Origin: a virus
Length of the DNA: 64,000 nucleotides
Virus record (IMG/VR): IMGVR_UViG_3300045988_119069
Direction: 5' to 3' (one strand)
Shown here: positions 19,495-28,520 of the stretch, piece by piece
Numbering within the stretch: the stretch's first letter is position 1
How the letters are laid out: the number at the start of each line of letters is the position of its first letter
The notes under the pieces: generated by a model
Database searches by the model: none
What the model saw: the letters and a program-made list of their open reading frames with translations, nothing else
What the model was told of the DNA's origin: nothing
Program-made: the position numbers and the translations under genes

Positions 19495-19567
19495 AGCGGA
19501 GTGGAGCAGCTGGCAGCTCACTTGGCTCATAACCAAGAGGTCGAGGGTTCGAGTCCCTTCTCCGCAA
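19495..19567 (+). tRNA. tRNA with anticodon CAU (Met, fMet or Ile2 type)
   Basis: Hand-folded cloverleaf: acceptor AGCGGAG/CTCCGCA, D arm GAGC-AGCTGGCA-GCTC, anticodon arm CTTGG-CTCATAA-CCAAG, variable AGGTC, T arm GAGGG-TTCGAGT-CCCTT. There is a 1:72 A.A mismatch and no encoded CCA. Confidence 0.8.
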
Positions 19568-19629
19568 CATAGTCAGTCGGCAAAAAGATTGATTTTTCAG
19601 GATAACAACACAAAACACAGATTTTACTA

Positions 19630-21231
19630 ATGATAACAACACTTCTTGAAGTTTTCGCTACAAGAGAATGGATGATGCACCCGCCTATCCTCAATGCCAT
19701 CCGCATGGCCATGCAGGAGAACATCGCAGGACGTGTCGTCCTCTCAGCAGAGCAGGTAGCAAAGCACCAGGCTTATGCTATCGGCATGACCGCCGACGGC
19801 GAGAGGTCTCGTTTTTCCATGTCGGCAAGTGATGATGATCCAGACGCAGGATGTGGTCCAAGCGAAAAGGAGGTTTCTGACTTCGTAGCTGTAATTCCGG
19901 TATGCGGACCTATCACACGCAATGGCGACGCTTGCTCTTACGGATCTATCGACTTCCGCAACATGATGATGCAAACTTCCGACTATGAGGAGTGTAAGGG
20001 CATCATCGTTTACATCAACTCCGGTGGTGGTTCGGCAGCAGCAATTCCCGACTATAAGTACGCCATCGACTATGCCCACTCAAAGGGCAAGAAGGTAATT
20101 GCCTTTGTGGATGGCACTTGCTATTCGGCTGCTATGTATCTGGCTGTGCTTTGCGACGAGATTTACTACATGAACGTGAAGGACGGTTTCGGTTCTATCG
20201 GCGTGATGGGAGGCTTCTACACTATGTTGTCTGGCGAGAAGAACGCCTACACAAACGAAACTTGGAATGAGATTTACGCCACACAGAGCTACGAGAAGAA
20301 CAAATGGTATCGTGATGCCGCCAAGGGAGATTACGAGGAATTGCAGAAAGACCTTGACGAGACTTGCGAGGAGTTTATGACCGACGTAAAGGCCCACCGT
20401 CCGAATGTCACCGACGAGCATCTGCATGGAGCCACCTTCGAGGCAAAGGATGTTGAAGGCATACTCAACGACGGACAGTCAACTCTTGACGAGCTTGTAA
20501 ACCGTTTTCTTGCGGACGATGATTCAAAGCCAAAAAACGACACTACAGCAACCAACACAAACACAAATATAAACATGGAGAATTACCCATTGATTTGCTC
20601 TGCTTGCGGACTGCAGGCTGGCGAGATTGCCGTTACGGAAGAGGGCGCGTATATGAACGCCTCGCTTCTTGACAACCTCGAAGCCCACATGAAGGAAGCC
20701 GAGCAGAAGGTGACTGATGCCGAGCAGAAAGCCACCACAGCGGAGAACGCTCTCGCGGATTTGCAGGGCAAGTTCGATGAACTCTCCGCTCAAGTAAACG
20801 CAGCCAACGAAGCAAAAGCAGTCGCGGAGACCGCACTTGCCGAAGCTAAGGAGGCTCACAGTAAAGAACTAAGCGACCTTAACGCACAGCACACCGAGGC
20901 TCTTGCCAAAAAGGACGACGAGTTGAAAGCTCTCACCGAGGCAAAGAACAAGGAGATTGCCGACCTCACAGCCGCTAAGACTGAGACCGAGTCAAACCTT
21001 CAGACCGCAAAGGACGCACTCGCCACAGCCGAGCAGTCGCTTGCCGACAAACAGGCTCAGATTGACGAGCTGACCCACGATGCTGGCGCAGAGCAGAACG
21101 CTGGCGAGGCTCCGGAGAATAATGGCGAGGGAGTGAAGACTCGGCAGTTGCGCACATTCGACCCCAGTCAGTACAAGACTAACGTCGAACGCAGAGAAGC
21201 CTTTGAACGCTTCAAGCGTGGTGAGGAATAG
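19630..21231 (+). CDS. S49 (SppA/ClpP-fold) prohead protease fused to a coiled-coil scaffold domain
   Basis: YINSGGGSAAA and DGTCYSAAMYLA peptidase motifs, then about 200 aa of Ala/Glu/Lys-rich coiled coil. Ends in TAG, in frame with the next gene. Confidence 0.75.
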   Translation: MITTLLEVFATREWMMHPPILNAIRMAMQENIAGRVVLSAEQVAKHQAYAIGMTADGERSRFSMSASDDDPDAGCGPSEKEVSDFVAVIPVCGPITRNGDACSYGSIDFRNMMMQTSDYEECKGIIVYINSGGGSAAAIPDYKYAIDYAHSKGKKVIAFVDGTCYSAAMYLAVLCDEIYYMNVKDGFGSIGVMGGFYTMLSGEKNAYTNETWNEIYATQSYEKNKWYRDAAKGDYEELQKDLDETCEEFMTDVKAHRPNVTDEHLHGATFEAKDVEGILNDGQSTLDELVNRFLADDDSKPKNDTTATNTNTNINMENYPLICSACGLQAGEIAVTEEGAYMNASLLDNLEAHMKEAEQKVTDAEQKATTAENALADLQGKFDELSAQVNAANEAKAVAETALAEAKEAHSKELSDLNAQHTEALAKKDDELKALTEAKNKEIADLTAAKTETESNLQTAKDALATAEQSLADKQAQIDELTHDAGAEQNAGEAPENNGEGVKTRQLRTFDPSQYKTNVERREAFERFKRGEE

Positions 21232-21303
21232 TATTTCCCTACCTCAGCTCTCAACCAACACAAAAACAGACAACACAACAACAACACAAAAACACAAACA
21301 ATT

Positions 21304-22605
21304 ATGGCAACACTTCCAGACAACTTTATCGGAAAGGATGCGCTTCAGCATGTAGCCGAGCAGGTTTCTAAGGAAATCCTCATGGGCATTGGTTATACCG
21401 ATCCCGCTGAGACCGACCGTCTTGGTATCGACATTATCAGCGATCAGCAGTTTAAGCGTACCTTCCACATTCTTCTCCGCAAGGGTGGTACAACCCGTCG
21501 TAAAGACGTTCACTCAGTAGTAAACAGTCAGGCGGGATTTTTGACTGAGCGTACTCTTGTCGCCCGTCTTGCTTGGGATCACTTTACCGATTCTATTGAC
21601 GCATATTGTGAAACAGTATTCGGTACGGACGCTCAGGGTCAGTACCCGATGTCAACAGCAGCGGTAGAAGCGATCCTTCGTAATTACGCCGACAACCTTG
21701 CTGCTAACTTCTGGTTTGGCGACATCTCGCTCGACGATGGCAAGGAAAACGTTCCTGCCCACGATCAGGCATTGGCTCTCTATGACGGTATTCACACCTG
21801 CATCAAGCATGACATCGAGGCTGGCATTATCTCTGAGGCTAACGGCAACCTCATTCCTTGCGAGCTTATCGACGCTCCAGCTGACAACAATGACTCTACA
21901 CCTTACGACAACTTCTACAACTGGTACCTGAAGTGGGACGCTCGTCTGCGCAAGCAGAAGACTCTTGTCTATATGAACGAAATCACTGCTCATAACATCG
22001 CAGCCGGCTATGCTAACAAGTATCACGGTAACTACAAGGTTGATTATGACGCAGGTGGCAACTTCGTTTTGCCTGGCATGTCAAAGGTTACAATCTGTCC
22101 TGTTTCTGACTTTGGTGTAGGTGACCGTATGTACGCCACTGTACCGAAGAACCTTGTTTACGGTGTAGATACACTTAGCAACGAGACTTATGTGGGCGTT
22201 AAGGTCGGCACGGACACAGATTTACGCCAAATCCAACTCCAAATTCAGTCAATACAGGGAGCCGGACTGAAGGTGCCCTACGCACACTCGTTTGCAATGT
22301 CGGACGGTAATCTCGCTAACCCTGACTTTGTAGCTGGTGATTACACCAACTCTAACCTCGTTGTTACTCTCGCAAAGGCTAACGCTCAGGACGAGGGCAA
22401 CATCGACGGAACAGTGAAGGTGAATGGTGCTCCCTACAAGAATCCTATTGAGACTTCTGTAAATCAGGTTATCTCGCTTGAGGCAGCTGACGGCACCAAC
22501 TACAAGTTTGTAAACTGGAGCAATGGTTCGACCGAGAAGAAGATCCAGCTCACTGCCACTGGCATGAGCATGGGCTTGATAGCCTTCTTCAAGAAGAACG
22601 GCTAA
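21304..22605 (+). CDS. putative major capsid protein with a C-terminal Ig/List-Bact-repeat-like domain
   Basis: Sits directly after the protease-scaffold gene and has a strong A/C-rich leader. 433 aa with a C-terminal YKFVNWSNGSTEKK repeat-like segment. The call rests mainly on position. Confidence 0.55.
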   Translation: MATLPDNFIGKDALQHVAEQVSKEILMGIGYTDPAETDRLGIDIISDQQFKRTFHILLRKGGTTRRKDVHSVVNSQAGFLTERTLVARLAWDHFTDSIDAYCETVFGTDAQGQYPMSTAAVEAILRNYADNLAANFWFGDISLDDGKENVPAHDQALALYDGIHTCIKHDIEAGIISEANGNLIPCELIDAPADNNDSTPYDNFYNWYLKWDARLRKQKTLVYMNEITAHNIAAGYANKYHGNYKVDYDAGGNFVLPGMSKVTICPVSDFGVGDRMYATVPKNLVYGVDTLSNETYVGVKVGTDTDLRQIQLQIQSIQGAGLKVPYAHSFAMSDGNLANPDFVAGDYTNSNLVVTLAKANAQDEGNIDGTVKVNGAPYKNPIETSVNQVISLEAADGTNYKFVNWSNGSTEKKIQLTATGMSMGLIAFFKKNG

Positions 22606-22726
22606 TCCCGCGAGGCGGTTTCTTTTATCTCTATAAATCCCCGGCGGCGGTCGCTTGACCTGACGGAAAACAGTGACCGTCGCCATTTCTTTTTTCGGAT
22701 AACACAACACAAAAACTTATAAGAAT

Positions 22727-23290
22727 ATGGCAGTAACAGCAACATGTCCTGAGATTAAGGACGTTCTCGCAGCTAATGAATGTCTTGAGAACTTTGGTGG
22801 TCTTGGTGTCAATGTCTACGTCTTCAATAAGGCAGACCTTAAAGCTCCCTTGAAGGCCGAAAAGAACATCTACCCTGCATTGACCTCTGAGTCGTTCAAC
22901 ACTGGTAAGGGTCTTTACAAATTCGAGTGTAAGGAGAGTAGCCAGGGTCACTCTTTTGAGTCACTTGGCCGAAGAGGCGGTTATAAACAGACGATTGACT
23001 ATGTACTCGAAAGCGTAAACGCAGAGTCGGCAGAAGTGGCGCGAGCTCTGAACAACCTCGACCTTGGCTACATCTTCCAGGATGGTGAGAAGAACATCAT
23101 CGTGTACGATTCTCAGCATAAGGTAGAGTACGCTTCCGGTGGCATTAAGGGCGACACGGGCAAGAAATCAGACGATGAACGTAGCGTTGTTTGTAGCGGA
23201 ACTCTCCAGCCTACAGCATACGGACGTTATGAGATTGCAGAGCCTGAGACCGGCGGTTGGGACTCGCTCCTTGCGACAAAAAAAGAGTAA
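22727..23290 (+). CDS. hypothetical structural protein (capsid accessory or tail tube candidate)
   Basis: 187-aa ORF after the capsid gene. It ends ACA AAA AAA GAG TAA, which includes an A7 run. Confidence 0.55.
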   Translation: MAVTATCPEIKDVLAANECLENFGGLGVNVYVFNKADLKAPLKAEKNIYPALTSESFNTGKGLYKFECKESSQGHSFESLGRRGGYKQTIDYVLESVNAESAEVARALNNLDLGYIFQDGEKNIIVYDSQHKVEYASGGIKGDTGKKSDDERSVVCSGTLQPTAYGRYEIAEPETGGWDSLLATKKE

Positions 23291-23412
23291 GCGATATTGA
23301 CGCACAGAGCGAGGACAATATCGCAAAAGAAGTGCTCGACAATGCCGATTCTTCTTTCTTCAGTACAAGTGACGAAGAGGAAGGAACAACGGCAAAGAAG
23401 AGCAAAAAGTAA
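23275..23412 (+). other. candidate -1 frameshift extension of the 22727 gene (about 43 extra codons)
   Basis: The slippery A_AAA_AAA lies at 23278-23284. The -1 frame reads ...KKRVSDIDAQSEDNIAKEVLDNADSSFFSTSDEEEGTTAKKSKK* and stops at 23410-23412, just before a strong terminator. Confidence 0.4.
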
Positions 23413-23450
23413 TCGCTCATACGAGGAAGGTTTTTCATCATACGACAATT

Positions 23451-23498
23451 CCCTGCATCAATTCTTTATATAAAAGGTATTGATGCAGGGATTTTTTA
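23451..23498 (+). terminator. rho-independent terminator
   Basis: Perfect 12-bp stem CCCTGCATCAAT / ATTGATGCAGGG followed by ATTTTTTATT. Confidence 0.8.
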
Positions 23499-23657
23499 TT
23501 ATACACATATTAGTATTTTGACAAAATAATACTAAAATTAGCATTTCTAATATCAAAGCGAAACCAAATACGATAAATACCTGTAACTTTGCAATTAGAA
23601 AAGATTTTTTGATTACGTTTTGTTGTAAACGTAGAATAACTAAAACTTATAGGATTT

Positions 23658-24584
23658 ATGGAACTAAGACATTTGCGTTCGTTTGTAAACGTAGCTGAAA
23701 CCAAGTTATTTAGTATGGCAGCCACACGTTGTTGCGTCACCCAGTCGGCGGTAAGCCAGCACATTCGTGCCCTGGAGGACGAGTTGGGCTGCAAATTGCT
23801 TATCCGCACATCACACGGCATTATGCTCACCGAAAGCGGCGAAGCCCTGTTGCCTCGTGCCAAAGAAATACTGAAGCAGACCGAGGACTGCAAAGAGCAA
23901 ATCTATGCCCTCAACAACTGCATGACGGGCGAACTGCGTATAGGCGTAGGTTCGTTTATTGCTCCGTACGTCCGTATGGCAGCATTGATATTCATGGAGA
24001 GATACCCTAACGTGCGTATCAATGCCGACTTTACTAAAGCCTACATCCTCAACCAATCGCTAAGAGCGCACATGTTAGACCTTGCTTTCACCATGAATAT
24101 GGCATACCGCCACGAAGGAATAGAGTCGAGACCCTGCATACCCTTTAACGTGTATGCTATCATGCGCGATACCCATCCGCTTGCCTCGCTCTCAAAGGTG
24201 TCGTATGAGGACATTCTGAAGCACCCCATCATCATGCCCGACATAGGCGAACGTGCCATTGAGACCTTTCAGCAATACATACAGCGCGACCTATATAAGC
24301 TCAATATCAAGTGCATCATCAGCGACCCTGACGAAGCTCTTGCCTCGGTGGAAGAAACCAAGTATATAACCTTCATGCCTAAGCTCTACCTGCGCAACCA
24401 CCCTACCCTTGTGGCACGTCCAATCGTAGGATTCGAACAGCAGTTGATGAGCAACGCCCACTGTATGCAGGACGTACCAAAGAAGCGAGCTGCACAACTC
24501 TTCCTCGACATCATCCGCGACGAGGTAGTGCCATACATTTCCGTAGCCGAAGAGTCGCAAGGAAAGTTCACACCGCCACCTTGA
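23658..24584 (+). CDS. LysR-family transcriptional regulator
   Basis: N-terminal wHTH (LRHLRSFVNVAETKLFSMAATRCCVTQSAVSQHIRALEDELGCKLLIRTSHG) plus a substrate-binding-domain-sized C-terminus. 308 aa. Confidence 0.85.
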   Translation: MELRHLRSFVNVAETKLFSMAATRCCVTQSAVSQHIRALEDELGCKLLIRTSHGIMLTESGEALLPRAKEILKQTEDCKEQIYALNNCMTGELRIGVGSFIAPYVRMAALIFMERYPNVRINADFTKAYILNQSLRAHMLDLAFTMNMAYRHEGIESRPCIPFNVYAIMRDTHPLASLSKVSYEDILKHPIIMPDIGERAIETFQQYIQRDLYKLNIKCIISDPDEALASVEETKYITFMPKLYLRNHPTLVARPIVGFEQQLMSNAHCMQDVPKKRAAQLFLDIIRDEVVPYISVAEESQGKFTPPP

Positions 24585-24613
24585 TAGTCATTAGATTTTC
24601 TTATAATGAACTG

Positions 24614-24649
24614 AGCCTCACGTTAGCAGCGTGAGGCTTTTTAATTTTA
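24614..24649 (+). terminator. rho-independent terminator after the LysR gene
   Basis: AGCCTCACG / CGTGAGGCT stem followed by TTTTAATTTT. Confidence 0.7.
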
Positions 24650-24748
24650 GTATTAGCCGAAATTATATGTTATCCCATAGCAAGAACACTTAATAAGAAA
24701 CTCTTCGCCCACACCACTTTCTCCCATACCTTTGCAATAAGTTCAATA

Positions 24749-25294
24749 ATGAACGAAACCAACCAAACACAAACAACTATGCAGATTAAAACTAATGACG
24801 GCAACTATGATGTTGCCAGCAAGGGACTCGGCAACACAGCCTTGGGTCTCGGCATCGCAGGCTTGGCAACGAGCCTATTGGGAGGCAGCGCCTCGCTTCT
24901 GGGCATGGGTAGAAACAACGGCATGACCGCCAATCCTACCGACCCTGACGCGCGTTTCGTAACTAAGAGTGAGACTAACCTTATCCAGGAGAACAGCACT
25001 CTGAAGACCGAACTCGCCATTCAGAAGAGCGAGAACTACACCGACAAGAAGCTCGTGGAAGTGACACAGTATCTCGACACGAAGTTGCGCCGTGTGGAAG
25101 ACAAGGTGGATGCAAACAAGGATGCGCAGCAAGCCGTCAACGCACAGCAGATGGCTTACAATGCGGCTGCTAACGCCAGCATCGACGTGCTCAAGTCGCA
25201 GGTGGCATCGTTGTCGAGCGTAACCAAGCTGTTCATCCCTTCAACCAACGTATGCCAGACCGGTTGCGGTTGCGGTTGCGGATGCAATCAGTAG
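24749..25294 (+). CDS. membrane-anchored coiled-coil protein with a C-terminal (Gly-Cys) repeat
   Basis: Gly-rich TM segment GLGIAGLATSLLGGSASLLGMG, a coiled-coil middle, and the C-terminus VCQTGCGCGCGCNQ encoded by GGTTGC x3 + GGATGC. Ends in TAG. Confidence 0.55.
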   Translation: MNETNQTQTTMQIKTNDGNYDVASKGLGNTALGLGIAGLATSLLGGSASLLGMGRNNGMTANPTDPDARFVTKSETNLIQENSTLKTELAIQKSENYTDKKLVEVTQYLDTKLRRVEDKVDANKDAQQAVNAQQMAYNAAANASIDVLKSQVASLSSVTKLFIPSTNVCQTGCGCGCGCNQ

Positions 25295-25320
25295 GAGAAT
25301 GATGTAATCCTGTTGTATAT

Positions 25321-25743
25321 ATGGAATACAAAAACTCACAAATTTTGGCGGCAGTCGTGTCCGAATGGGCACGACCCGCCATTTCGCAGATAGCCGCAGG
25401 CAACCTCATGCGCCTACCCATGCTTCAGTCTCTGCAAGCCACCATCAGCTCGTTAGGCATTGTTAGCGGCAACTATGCCCTACAGAAGGACATCGAACCA
25501 CTCATTCAGCCCATCGTCAACTCGCTCGTCGCACCTATGCTTGCCCGATATTTCGGTCAGATACCCGAAGAGAGCATACCGCAGATGGCACACGACATAG
25601 TGGAGAAGATGCGAGGTAACGGACCGCTGTCGGTGCTCGAAGGCATGGTGACGTTTGAGGAGGAAGACCTCAACGAGCTTGCCGATCTTCTTGACAAGAA
25701 CCTTCCCGTAGAACAGACGCAAGGCTATCATGTAAAACATTAA
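25321..25743 (+). CDS. hypothetical protein
   Basis: 140-aa ORF. Confidence 0.5.
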   Translation: MEYKNSQILAAVVSEWARPAISQIAAGNLMRLPMLQSLQATISSLGIVSGNYALQKDIEPLIQPIVNSLVAPMLARYFGQIPEESIPQMAHDIVEKMRGNGPLSVLEGMVTFEEEDLNELADLLDKNLPVEQTQGYHVKH

Positions 25744-25801
25744 ACAGAGTAACAACACCAGCGGCGGCAAGCATCGTCGCTATAATAAAACAGAAACGAT
25801 T

Positions 25802-26230
25802 ATGAACAAACGTACCATTCCGGCTATCATCATAGCCACACTTGCGGCAGGTGCAACCGCCGCCGCACCCTATTATGATGTCAACATCACACAGCAGCTC
25901 TGCACACCGGCTTGTGTAGACGAGACTCCCGTGTTCGCTCCGAAGTTCTCCGTCAAGAGCATTGCCAACGTAGGCACCTCACAGTATATCATCGTCATTC
26001 ACGTTGAGGGCGTAATAAACTACATCCCTTGCAACTGCGGCTCGTGCTGCACACGCTCACAAGTGGTGTCGCAAGACTTCACCATTCCTGTGTTCAGCGC
26101 CACCGCCATCAATTCGGCAACAATAGCAGTGGGAACCGTCCAGAACGGCATAGCACGCATGTCGTGCTGCAGCTGTTCCAAGACTTTCGTTTCCGACTGC
26201 CCCGTAACGCTCACCCTTGTAACTACATAA
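25802..26230 (+). CDS. secreted cysteine-rich protein
   Basis: Signal-peptide-like MNKRTIPAIIIATLAAGATAAAP. 11 Cys, including CNCGSCC and CCSCS. Confidence 0.5.
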   Translation: MNKRTIPAIIIATLAAGATAAAPYYDVNITQQLCTPACVDETPVFAPKFSVKSIANVGTSQYIIVIHVEGVINYIPCNCGSCCTRSQVVSQDFTIPVFSATAINSATIAVGTVQNGIARMSCCSCSKTFVSDCPVTLTLVTT

Positions 26231-26234
26231 AGCC

Positions 26235-26534
26235 ATGATAGTTCTGATAGCTATAGCCACCATGATAGCCGCCACGCTCGCCCAACACCTCGGACTGGCC
26301 GAAGCCATTGCCCATGTTGTTGACAAGGTGGCATCATGCCCTCAGTGTTTCACTTTTTGGGTTACAATGTCGGCGTTGCTCTACCTCGGCTACGATGTCT
26401 ACACATCGACGCTGGCGGCTATTGTGGTGGCATATCTGTCAAACTGGTTTGTGTTGTTGCTGCTTATTCTTCAACGTAAATTCACAAAGCTATATGAAAA
26501 AGAAAGACACACCACCGACCGCCTCGAACACTGA
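26235..26534 (+). CDS. small multi-pass membrane protein (holin-like topology)
   Basis: 99 aa with three hydrophobic segments and a basic C-terminus. Confidence 0.5.
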   Translation: MIVLIAIATMIAATLAQHLGLAEAIAHVVDKVASCPQCFTFWVTMSALLYLGYDVYTSTLAAIVVAYLSNWFVLLLLILQRKFTKLYEKERHTTDRLEH

Positions 26535-26666
26535 GGCAAAGGCAGAAAGCAAGCCCGAAGCGCAGACCTTCTATCCTATATTGCATGTCTCTGTGCAAAA
26601 AAGCCTGATTGTCCCACATTTTCGGGGCATTTGCCCTACATGTTAAACATATAAAACTCAAACAAA

Positions 26667-27170
26667 ATGAATTACAAACAGATGATTGAACAGGCTCGTG
26701 CCAATGGTATGGCTACCGAGAAGAAGATGTGGGCAGCGGTAGAAACTCTTTCTACCGACCTCCTTGCGCTTGAGCAGACAGACCCTAAGCTCTACTGGCA
26801 CATATTGCGCCGTCAGCACGCCGTTCTCTACGGACGGCACTATTCTGAGAAGATGGCTAACCACGATGTGAACGCTCTTGTCTATAGCGGCATGTACGAT
26901 GAAGAGGGTATGCCAACCGGCGGCGGCGCACATTGGACCCGTATCAAGGTAGACGAGCTGACTAAGGGCATGAAGTTTCACGCCAATGTCAACGCATGGG
27001 ACAAATACGTCGCCTTCAACTCTATGTATGCCGACCTTTGTGCTTGCATGAGCGAGGAAGAGATAATCAAAGCCGCCTACGCTTTCTACTTTTGCGATGA
27101 CGACTGGCAGCCATGCGAAGATGATTGCACTAAGGTATGGGACTATAACGCCCTACACGCCACCCTCTAA
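26667..27170 (+). CDS. hypothetical protein
   Basis: 167-aa ORF. Confidence 0.5.
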   Translation: MNYKQMIEQARANGMATEKKMWAAVETLSTDLLALEQTDPKLYWHILRRQHAVLYGRHYSEKMANHDVNALVYSGMYDEEGMPTGGGAHWTRIKVDELTKGMKFHANVNAWDKYVAFNSMYADLCACMSEEEIIKAAYAFYFCDDDWQPCEDDCTKVWDYNALHATL

Positions 27171-27194
27171 CACTTGGCTTTTACATTTGTTTTT

Positions 27195-27267
27195 AAGCCA
27201 ATGGAAAACTCGAAATTAACAGAAAATTTGCACTCTTTTCTGTTTCTTTTGTGTATTCTGTTGGCTT
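27195..27267. repeat. interrupted intergenic palindrome (H4)
   Basis: AAGCCAA...AACAGAAAA / TTTTCTGTT...CTGTTGGCTT. Shares GGCTTTTACAT with H1 and contains an ATTTGCACTCTT box. Confidence 0.5.
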
Positions 27268-27394
27268 ATATTTTTTTCGTGCAAATAGCAAAATTCGTTG
27301 TCCCCTCCCCGTCGTTGTCCGCTTTTGATGTCCGCCCCACCAAAATAACTTTCCCTATCTTTGTCCTCGGAAAGTTTAATTAATTTATTGTTTT

Positions 27395-28480
27395 ATGTTC
27401 AACACACCCGATACCCGCAGCATCGACCTGCGTATGCCCCGTTCGTGGAACGAGTGCACCACCGAGCAGCTTGAGCTAATCTCCCGCGTCATGCTTGAGC
27501 AGATACAGCGCGTGGACCGCTATCATCCCTTTGACATGCGCAACGTGAAGATAGCTTGTTTCTTCCTGCTTGCCGAAGTAGATATAGTGAAAGGTCCTGA
27601 CGAGTCGCTGCCAATCGAAGACCAGTACTATCTGTGCCGGATGGCATCCGACCGTCCGCGCCGCATCCGTCTGCCCCGCAAGAGCGATGACGAGAAGGTT
27701 TTCCCTATTTATCTCTGGCAGCTCAACTATTGGCTTACGGCCAAGTCCAAGACCGACGACCGCAACTCGCCCGAATACATTGCTGCAGGAGCCGGCACAC
27801 TCGACTGGATGGATAGCGAGAAGGACAGTCCGCTCACACGTTTCCCCTACCCCACGCTTCGCCTACGCAATCCGCAGCACTGGTTACGCAAGCGCACCGA
27901 GTTCTCTGGTCCGGCGCAGGATATGGACGGCTTCTCTTGGCAGCAATACCGCTTTGCCTCCGACCTCATGGGGCAATACACCTCGCTCGACAACAATCTT
28001 ATCAAGATGAAGAAGATGGGTAAGTTCACGGCCGAACAGATGCAGTTGCAAGCTGACAGCGTAGACCAGGCACGCTCCATGTTCCTCGCCACCATCTTCA
28101 ACCAACGCATCCCCTACCTCGACCCGAACACCTCGCTGCGCACCGTAGACTTCCATTACGACACCCGTCAGTTCAACGACAACGCAGCCTACTTTCGTCG
28201 CTTCCCCGACCACCAATGGCAACCCATCCTCTTCTGGTGGACCGGTATGATGCACACCCTCTCACGGCGTTATCCTCATGTATTCAAGGTGCAGAAAATC
28301 GACCGCACACAGCGACCCTCCACCCCACTTGAGATATATACCGCCACCATCGCCACCATGCAGAAATACGCCTCGCTCACCGAAGACCAGGTAAACAACC
28401 AGTCGTATTCGCTTGTATTGGAGCATCTGGAGCGACTCTCGAAGGAGAATGAAGATATGGAGAAACTGCGGAAGAATTGA
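27395..28480 (+). CDS. hypothetical protein
   Basis: 361-aa ORF ending in TGA TGA. Confidence 0.55.
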   Translation: MFNTPDTRSIDLRMPRSWNECTTEQLELISRVMLEQIQRVDRYHPFDMRNVKIACFFLLAEVDIVKGPDESLPIEDQYYLCRMASDRPRRIRLPRKSDDEKVFPIYLWQLNYWLTAKSKTDDRNSPEYIAAGAGTLDWMDSEKDSPLTRFPYPTLRLRNPQHWLRKRTEFSGPAQDMDGFSWQQYRFASDLMGQYTSLDNNLIKMKKMGKFTAEQMQLQADSVDQARSMFLATIFNQRIPYLDPNTSLRTVDFHYDTRQFNDNAAYFRRFPDHQWQPILFWWTGMMHTLSRRYPHVFKVQKIDRTQRPSTPLEIYTATIATMQKYASLTEDQVNNQSYSLVLEHLERLSKENEDMEKLRKN

Positions 28481-28520
28481 TGACAATAACATTAACAAAC
28501 ATAACGGATTTATAGACATT

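Noticed and set aside
19495-19567. Whether the tRNA could be the amber suppressor needed for TAG read-through.
   Set aside because: The anticodon loop reads CTCATAA, so the anticodon is CAU, not CUA. Any suppressor must lie outside this window.
27174-27383. A 69-aa ORF between the genes at 26667 and 27395.
   Set aside because: It coincides with palindrome H4 and a TTTGCACTCTT box. It is hydrophobic low-complexity sequence from T-rich DNA and is probably non-coding.
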